A model generated the notes under the pieces. It was not told the origin of the DNA. It worked only from the letters and a program-made list of their open reading frames with translations, and did no database searches. 64,000 nucleotides of DNA from Zygnema circumcarinatum SAG 698-1b (lineage: Eukaryota > Plantae > Zygnematophyceae), in assembly GCA_037447605.1 (NCBI GenBank), contig CM074804.1, forward strand, positions 62,001-126,000, given 5' to 3'. Shown here piece after piece: positions 58,807 to 64,000 of the stretch. Both the position numbers and the translations under genes were made by a program. Each line of letters starts with the position of its first letter. The stretch's first letter is position 1.

Positions 58807-61596
58807 TTAATTGATGGCATCCACAATGAGCCTCCGAGACTTGATAGGCGACCACTTCCAGCGCTTGTAATAGATCGCCGTCACGTAGACCAGCGAGAGG
58901 ATAAAGATCCACTTGAGGCCCATCTGCATGCAGCAGCCGTGGAACAAATATGGAATCGTAAGCTCCAAAAAAACCTGGCATACCTAGAGGAAGCGTAAAG
59001 CTATCGATGTTGGCAGCCAAGTCAGTCATTCTTGACGGAACAGGGCGGTTCACGGTTGAACAACTGCAAATACTATGCAGAGGATCCACGAGCCTATGCA
59101 GTCAAGCATGAGCTGAATCTATGCATGAGGTCCGAAAGTTAGAGGATTTAGTCATTTGAAGATTTGTAGCCGGTTCTTATGAATGAACGTCAGGGTGCCC
59201 TATTCACACATGTCGGTGAGGAGGCTGAGCCCATACCAGCTTGCGTTCATCCATTTCTGGCTCTGCTGCCCAAGAGAGATAGGTCACAACATCCTTGGCC
59301 ATCTGCATCAAGCCATTGATAGCCGATGTTAGAGAATTGCAATTTCAAAACAATGCAATTCAAAAAACTGGCAATCTTGAGCGAAATGAGGCCACAAAAA
59401 AAATGGAGCTTGATCGAATTCGACAATCACCAATCTCAGAAATTACAAGTCCCGGTCAATTTCTCCTGTGGACGCAGAGCGCTCGCACAAACATTGACCC
59501 TATTTACTCGACAACCATCTTCTATGATGTAAACTACTTAGAGGAGTGGACACATACTTGCGACTCTGTGGCAGGGGTTCCATCCTCGTACTCGACTCCA
59601 CCATCATTGAGCTGCTTGGGCATGGCGATAGCTCCTCCAGGGAAGTAAGGGTTGTAATACAAACCCTCCCTAATCTGCACAATGATCCACATATCAGACG
59701 TGCCCTGAAACTGTTCTTCCATTCAGCCACTCGTACATATTGCAAGGATATAATTACAAAAAAGAAATTCGTTTCTTTGTGCCCAATGGACATCCAACTC
59801 TCAAAACCATTGTGAGCGAAAAGTTACAGTCCACTTACATGGACACCGGCAGGGGGCTCGCGGTATCCAGTGAGTAGGGCAAAAACGTAATTCTGTCCAT
59901 CATGCCGGGCCTGCAAACACAAAAGCAGATGAGCATTATTGATACATCGAGGTCTTAACTTGCAAAGCAAAGAGACGTTACTGGTATATAATGTGTACAA
60001 TTTAGAAATTCTTTAAAATTGGATGGACTGAATCTGTAAGTTGTTCCAAAAGAATAGATCAGTGTGGTACCTTTGTAATCAGACTGAGGTCGGGCGGGTA
60101 AGCCCCTCCGTTTGCAAAACGGGCAGCTGCCTCATTGGCATATGGGCTTGGAAGATGATCACTGGGCTTTCCAGGCCTTGAGAACATCTCTCCTTCATCG
60201 TTTGGCCCATCCTCGACCTCCACTTCTGCAGCCAAAGTTTTCACTTCATCCTCTGTGTATGCGACTCCAATAAGGTCACGGTAGGCCACCAAGGACATGC
60301 TGTGACAGGAGGCGCAAACCTGCTGGTACACCTGGTGGCCTCTTCGGATGCTGCAATTGAAAATTTGAAATGGATATACGAGGTAAGGACCTCAGCATAG
60401 ACATTGCTTGTTCAAATAGGTCCAAGACTTCCAGATCTTCTACGACGAGAATCGATCTAAAAAGCAACAGCCTGCTGATCACATTCTAAGGAATCACCAT
60501 GCACAAATACGATGCAAAGGTTTTCGGCTCATTAAAAAAACGACAGGAAAATCAGCCCTAGAACCGCGCAGAAAAAAAACGTCAGAATTCCGGCAAAATC
60601 CTTTCTGGCCTTTCACAAGGAGTCCGCTTGCATTCTTGGCTCAGCAGTATACGAGGCAGAACATCGCAGCATGCTCAAGCTGAAAGTCTGCATTCAACAG
60701 TCTGATCATAACCAAAAAAAAATGGTCTTTGGTTCAGCTCTAAACATGGGAAGTCACTGAAGAAGCCCACTGGCATCAAAAAGATTCCAAATAGTTTGTA
60801 AAACAAGAGCCAGGTATTTCCAAAAAAACCAAAGGGATAGGCCAAACTCACGATGCATGATCATAGGAGCTGAGAATGCCATTGTGTGGCCAGGGGTACG
60901 ATGGAGCGTGGAGGCCGTGTTCTGCCTCGTCCGCATATGTGACCTCTGCGAGGCCAGCAATGGCTACAGCACTGCCTCCTACCAGCCCAAGCGCCCTCAG
61001 CATCTTTCCTCCGAAGCTCTCATCGCTGCATTGCTGCTGAGTGCCCGCAGCTGAAGCAGCAGGGAGCACCTGCTCGGAAAAATGCAGAGAAAGGAAACAG
61101 AAAAAAACTTGAGTTACAGCTAGGGTTCCCAATACACGTGAATCCAAGAAAGTGTCCCTGCTTGTCATTCACCAGAGTGTGGCAGATATCATCATATATA
61201 CACCCGAAACAATGCCTCACAATGATTTATTGTAAGGGATCATCATCGAAAAACGCTGAAGCTCCAAAGCTAGGAAAACTGCAGCAATGCAATTGATTAT
61301 TTTCCTCATTTTACCAATCGTTTACACAATCAAGCGTAGCCAGAACCCTAAGGGATCCTCATCCCAGCCCATGTTCTCTAATCAGGTTGCAATAAGGGGC
61401 CTGCTTTAGCCTTTTCACTCCTCTGGTCGCCGTAACCCTAAAAAGACCTCAAACCCTAAAAGATCATCATTCAAATCTGCGAGTCCCATGCACGAGCAGG
61501 CAGGCTGCAAGAGGACACCTGCGTGAGTTCCTGCCCTCCCTTGGCTGCGCGAGCCTTGATAGCTGCGCCCGCAAGAGCGCTCGTCCTGCGCCACAT
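58807..61596 (-). CDS. CYC1: Mitochondrial cytochrome c1 (complex III), multi-exon
   Basis: DEAEHGL..YPWPHNG..SYDHAS|[16 protein letters not shown] (haem motif), [41 protein letters not shown]-terminal TM and KWSPIKSRR. Confidence 0.96.
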
Positions 61597-62648
61597 GGCT
61601 GCCCCTGCGCTCGCCTTCAAGAGCCCCCCTCCCTCGGCTGCCCTTCTCTCCCCCTCCCTAGCTCTCTCTCGCGAGCAGGAGAGCGTCCAGGGAGAGCGGC
61701 TGCTCGCCGAGTTGGCCTTCACATGTGAGAAACGCCGTCTCGCCGTTTGAACTTGTACATTGTATTGTGCACATGTGAGCGCGACTAGGTGAAAATAGCA
61801 ACAAAAAAACTGCTGCTGCGGGTACAAAGGGGGTACAGGGGACGGTCTCGATCCAGATGCAGTGGCCGTCCCGTCCCATCGAAGGGCTGGCGCGCCCCCT
61901 GAAGCGAAGCGCGCGGGCGGTGGCCGCCACGAAAGGAAAGTACGATTTCTGCATGCATGCATGCATGCGTGCATGCCGGCGAGGTCGGACGGCCGCGATT
62001 GTGCCAAGCATCAGATCGGGCAGCGCACGCGCCGCCACGTGGCCCACAAATGAAGGGCTCCTCGTACCACCTCGTTCGTTGGTATGAGGTACGAGGAGCC
62101 GCGGCGGCTTTCATCGTGGGTCGGGGAGGAGGAGGAGGAGGGGGAGGAGGAGGGGGAGGGGAGGAGGGGGAGGGGAGGAGGGGGAAGGAAGGAGCAGGAG
62201 GGGGAGGGGGAGGAAGAGGGGGGGGAGAAGGAGGGGGAGGAGAGGAGCAGGAGGGGGAGGAGGAGGAGGAGGAGGAGGAGGAGGAGGAGGAGGGGGAGGA
62301 GAAGGAGGAGGGGGAGGAGTAGGGGGGCCAGCAGCCAGAGGGCCAGGGGCCATAGCTCCTCTTCTTCTCCCACGAGTTCGGAGGCAACCATCAGATATGG
62401 GGAAGTGTTTTGGAAGACATGGACGTTTTGAACAAGTACCGAGTCATTATGTAGGACCTCATGGGAGCATACAGGTGAGAGAGTGAAGCTTCCCATTCGT
62501 TTATCTCGTTGGAAAGTTCTGCTTTTTCCTTTTTATTTGGTAGGTTCAGCGCTCTTATGTTTTTGGGGTACTTTTTGAGTGCAGTACAATGCGGAGGGCA
62601 TCAACTTCCAGCTCTATAGCACCCTCCATGGCTACGCAGACGAACATT

Positions 62649-63607
62649 ATAGGCATAAAGTTGTGAGAGAAATAGGGTGGAAAAGTGGAGGCAGGGTGAG
62701 GAATGGCGGAGGGAGACGGGTGGGAAGGTGAGGGTAACGGAGGGAGGGGGAAAGGTAAGTTAAGGAGGCGCGAGAAGGTTCAAGAGAGGAAGGTGGGGGG
62801 ATATGCAGAGTCAAAGAGAGAGAGGGGGAGTCTGTGAAGCGGCAGAGGAAGTTGGGGTGGGGGCTAGGTGGGTGAGCAAGCTGATAAAGAAGAAGCACTC
62901 CTCCTCCGTCACCAGCGTGGCCTGGCACCCTAACAATGTGTGCGGCATAGCCCGCTCATTATATCACTGTGGGCCTCTACTGCGATTCCATTGCACTGCA
63001 GCTGCCTATGCTTTCCTTCTCTCCCCCTCTTCTCTTTCCCCCCCTCCCCCTCTCTCTCTCTCTCCCGCTCGTTCTCTCTCCTTTTCTCCCTCACACGCAC
63101 GCTTTTTTTCTTTAGATCAACTTTTCACCCCATGTCTCCATTCCCTGTCGGCTTTCCCTCGTCTCCTCTCGTCCCTGTCTCACCTCTTTTTTTTCTCACT
63201 TTCTCCAACCCCATCCTCCCCTCCCGCTTCTTTCTCCCACTCCTCTCTCTCCCTTCCGCCCCCTTCAATCGCTTCCACTGTTCTCTTTGACACACTCTCT
63301 CGCTTCTCCCTCCCCTCTTTCGCTACCTTTTTTCCATCGTCACCATGGTAACCTCCCCTCCCTTTCGTCGTATTTTCAATTGATGGGAAGCAGGTTATGC
63401 TGGCAACCACCTCCACAGACGGAAAATGCCGATTTTTTGCAGCTGGCATTAAGGGCGTCGATTCCAAGTGAGCTTGTTACAAATACCAGATCCTTTTGCC
63501 GGAACTAAAAGCTACTCAAAGTCAACCCCTAAAGTTCGTATGGTGACATGCTTTACTCTCTGACATGTAAAAACCATGGAAGTCGTTATACCTTATGTTA
63601 TGCCGAT
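62649..63607 (+). pseudogene. Partial duplicate of the ARPC1 interior (homologous to ~53036-53986: two exons with flanking introns)
   Basis: Repeats the [23 protein letters not shown] and [21 protein letters not shown] exons and their introns with scattered substitutions. Upstream ARPC1 exons are absent. Confidence 0.85.
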
Positions 63608-63619
63608 CATCCCATCCGT

Positions 63620-64000
63620 ATTTATCCCATCCCTATCCCATCCCCATCCCTATCCCACCCCCATCCCCATCCCATCCCCATCCCATCCCCATCCCATCCC
63701 CATCCCATCCCCATCCATCCCATCCCAATCCCCATCCCATCCCCATCCATCCCATCCCAATCCCCATCCCATCCCCATCCATCCCATCTCCATCCCCATC
63801 CCCATCCCCATCTCCCCATCTATGCCATCTCCATCCCCATCCCTCCCATCTCCATCCCCATCCCCATCCCCATCCCCATCCCCATCCCCATCCCCATCCC
63901 CATCCCCATCCCCATCCCCATCCCCATCCCCATCCCCATCCCATCCTCATCAGCTATCCATCCCATCCCCATCCCCATCCCCATCCCATCCCCATCAGCT
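63620..64000 (+). repeat. (CCCCAT)n microsatellite
   Basis: Imperfect CCCCAT/CCCAT tandem repeat running to the window end. Confidence 0.95.

Noticed and set aside
63622-63950. GW/WG-repeat ORF resembling an Argonaute hook
   Set aside because: Simple translation of the (ATGGGG)n microsatellite at the window edge; no coding evidence.

Overview
Gene-dense, intron-rich eukaryotic nuclear DNA with GT-AG introns and GA/CT-rich microsatellite promoters and introns. The gene content points to a streptophyte (green alga or early-diverging plant). By manual exon assembly I recognise UBC2/RAD6, TSC10/KDSR, a small plant-specific 'SPPSR..NP / VRVEGF' protein, two inverted PAN/Apple + root-cap/vWD-like secreted-protein genes flanking a LanC-like (GCR2/LANCL) gene, UTP13/TBL3, an intronless NDUFV1, NOP2, ARPC1 (plus a partial duplicate), RPS30 and cytochrome c1. 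Three things are not explained by the ORF track. (1) A polycistronic snoRNA cluster is present twice in inverted orientation (about 11.5-13.3 kb and 44.0-46.4 kb). It holds C/D guides whose antisense elements match rRNA methylation sites and a tandemly duplicated H/ACA RNA; a further C/D guide sits in a NOP2 intron. (2) A ~1,100-aa protein has motif order matching the body of metazoan ZSWIM4/5/6/8 cullin-ligase adaptors, but no visible SWIM finger. (3) Nested non-autonomous DNA transposons lie upstream of UBC2. Family and rRNA-site assignments rest on recalled sequences, not on searches.
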